Below are positions 62,471-64,000 of a DNA stretch of 64,000 bases, in pieces (positions within the stretch are counted from its first letter, which is position 1; each line of letters starts with the position of its first letter). This DNA is from Felis catus (taxonomy: Eukaryota). The notes under the pieces are model-generated. The model was not told the origin of the DNA and searched no databases. It saw only the letters and a list, made by a program, of their open reading frames with translations. The stretch is taken from NCBI RefSeq assembly GCF_018350175.1, contig NC_058368.1:76758001-76822000 (forward strand). The letters are read 5' to 3'. The translations under genes were made by a program, and so were the position numbers.

Positions 62471-63192
62471 TGCTCAACTTGGGGCAAGCTAAGGGCAAGA
62501 TACAGGCTAACAGCATCCTCCCACCGCCACTCCCCCCCGCCCCAGGTGAAATATGTGTGATATTCCTCAGAGGCTCCCACCTACCCACGAACAAAGGAAA
62601 AGGGTTAAAGTGTTTGCCATGGTGATTTGGGAAACTAAGGCAAATGAAAAATTCAATTCCCTTACCTCCTACAGCCCATTGACAAGTCCTTGAAACCGGC
62701 AGAGTGACCTCCCTCCAGGAGCTCAGCTGCCTCCATGATGACACTTTGCTGGGGGCAAAAGAGAATCTTGGCTTCACCTTATCCCAACCTCGAGGATCCT
62801 GTCAGTCTACTTCCTTTATCTCAACTGCCCCAAGATATACGCAGGCAGTCCTACTCCAAGTTTATGGCCCCCGATATGCATCTGAAAGGTCTCATGACTG
62901 AGGCTTTATTAAACGGTAATATAAGTGGCATTTCCCTGGCAACAGCTAGCCCCTCAAGGTCCTGGAAACCTTGTTTCCAAAATACCTTAGAGACTTAACT
63001 CTATCCCTGACCCCCTTCCAACCTGAGGGTAGATAATGAGTTAACCCGTCAGGACCCAGTGCAGCTCATCCTGCCCACCAGTCCTGTCCCCGAGCTTTAA
63101 TAGAATCACCTTTTTGCACCAGAGACGTCTTCAAGAATCCTTTCTGGGCCATCGGCTCCGGACCACCCCACCGTCACCCTAAAACGCCATCG
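62471..63192 (+). mobile_element. ERV-like solo LTR (carnivore-type), apparently inserted in an L2 relic
   Basis: TG start, TATA-like atataag near 62920, gacccagtgcagctc R-like segment, degenerate poly(A) signal ctttaataga and end ...ccatcg. Possible 5-bp TSD ctcgg/ctctg. Confidence 0.55.
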
Positions 63193-63199
63193 CTCTGGT

Positions 63200-63540
63200 C
63201 CCGAGGAACCCAGGAGTCCTGCTTCTGTGCATGTGGTTCCCTCTGCCTGGACTCCCCCTCCCCCCTGCCCTCCTCACTTCAGACCCAGGTCAACGTTGGC
63301 CTTCTTTGAGACACTTTCTCTGTTCTCCCCCCCAAATACTAGGCCCTCTTCCTAGTATGTGGCACGTGCCTCTCTTTTGGAGACTTTTCACACTGTACAC
63401 ATCTGTACTTACTTTTTCTCTCTCCCTGACTAGATGGTGACTCCCTCACAAACGGGCACAGCGTCCATTCACCTTTGTCCCCTAGCACCGCAGCCACAAA
63501 AGGGTCCATGTGCCTGTAAAGTACTGATCACTAATTTCAT
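63200..63540 (+). mobile_element. L2 3' relic
   Basis: tgtgcatgtggttccctctgcctgga...tctccctgactagatggtgactccctca...cccctagcacc. Confidence 0.6.
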
Positions 63541-63944
63541 AATAGGGGAAATGTTGAACCCAACCCTGTCTCTAACCCTAGCTAATCCAAACCCCACCCT
63601 ACTAGTATCTCATTGGGAAATCAGGAAGAAGAGAGGAAGGGAGGGAGGAAGGAAAAAAGGGGGGGGGATGTATCCAAAGCATCTTTCTATGCCTTTTAAA
63701 ACCTACCCATGTGAAATGACCACTAGAGTTTACTTAGAAGCTTGTGTGATAATGTCCCCTCCCCCCGACCTCCCCGCCGGGGTATTAAGGTCTATTTTGC
63801 AAACATTTATGGAACACCCATCCTGTGCCAATTACTATGCCGAGTACGTGGTAGGCCCTGGTCTCATGGACCAACAGACATTGATCAATGGTCACACATG
63901 CTTATAAGCTATAATAATTGCCACAAATAAAAAAATATGGGGGC

Positions 63945-64000
63945 GGGGTGCCTGGGTGGCGCAGTCGGTTAAGCGTCCGACTTCAGCCAGGTCACGATCT
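63945..64000 (+). mobile_element. Young felid SINEC_Fc head, cut by window edge
   Basis: ggggtgcctgggtggcgcagtcggttaagcgtccgacttcagccaggtcacgatct. Confidence 0.92.

Noticed and set aside
63555..63602. Degenerate TAACCC telomere-like words
   Set aside because: Only one perfect unit. Too short and degenerate to call an interstitial telomeric site.
1..64000. Host gene identity or a novel multi-gene system
   Set aside because: No recognisable coding exon or gene cluster, so naming a locus would be a guess without an alignment.

Overview
Mammalian nuclear DNA from a felid. The assignment rests on about 35 tRNA-derived Can-SINE (SINEC) copies, eight of them the young cat-type subfamily. The window looks intronic or intergenic. 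I find no intact protein-coding exon and cannot name a host gene. Most ORFs in the track are artefacts of SINEs, LTRs and microsatellites. Other repeats include many MLT1 (ERVL-MaLR) solo LTRs, an L1 3' fragment, L2/MIR relics, MER5A, MER20 and an ERV-like solo LTR. The one recognisable gene-derived element is an old, frameshifted RPL23A processed pseudogene (~19.5-20.1 kb). It appears to have drifted GC/CpG-rich and sits in a ~2 kb CpG-rich, promoter-like patch. Other leads are candidate small + strand exons and AG|GT (recursive-splice-like) sites, motif-dense SINE-free stretches, nested and inverted SINE pairs, and small duplications and non-B DNA tracts. I see no evidence for a novel multi-gene system. 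Repeat subfamily names and the RPL23A comparison come from recalled consensus sequences, not a database search, and boundaries of old repeats are approximate.
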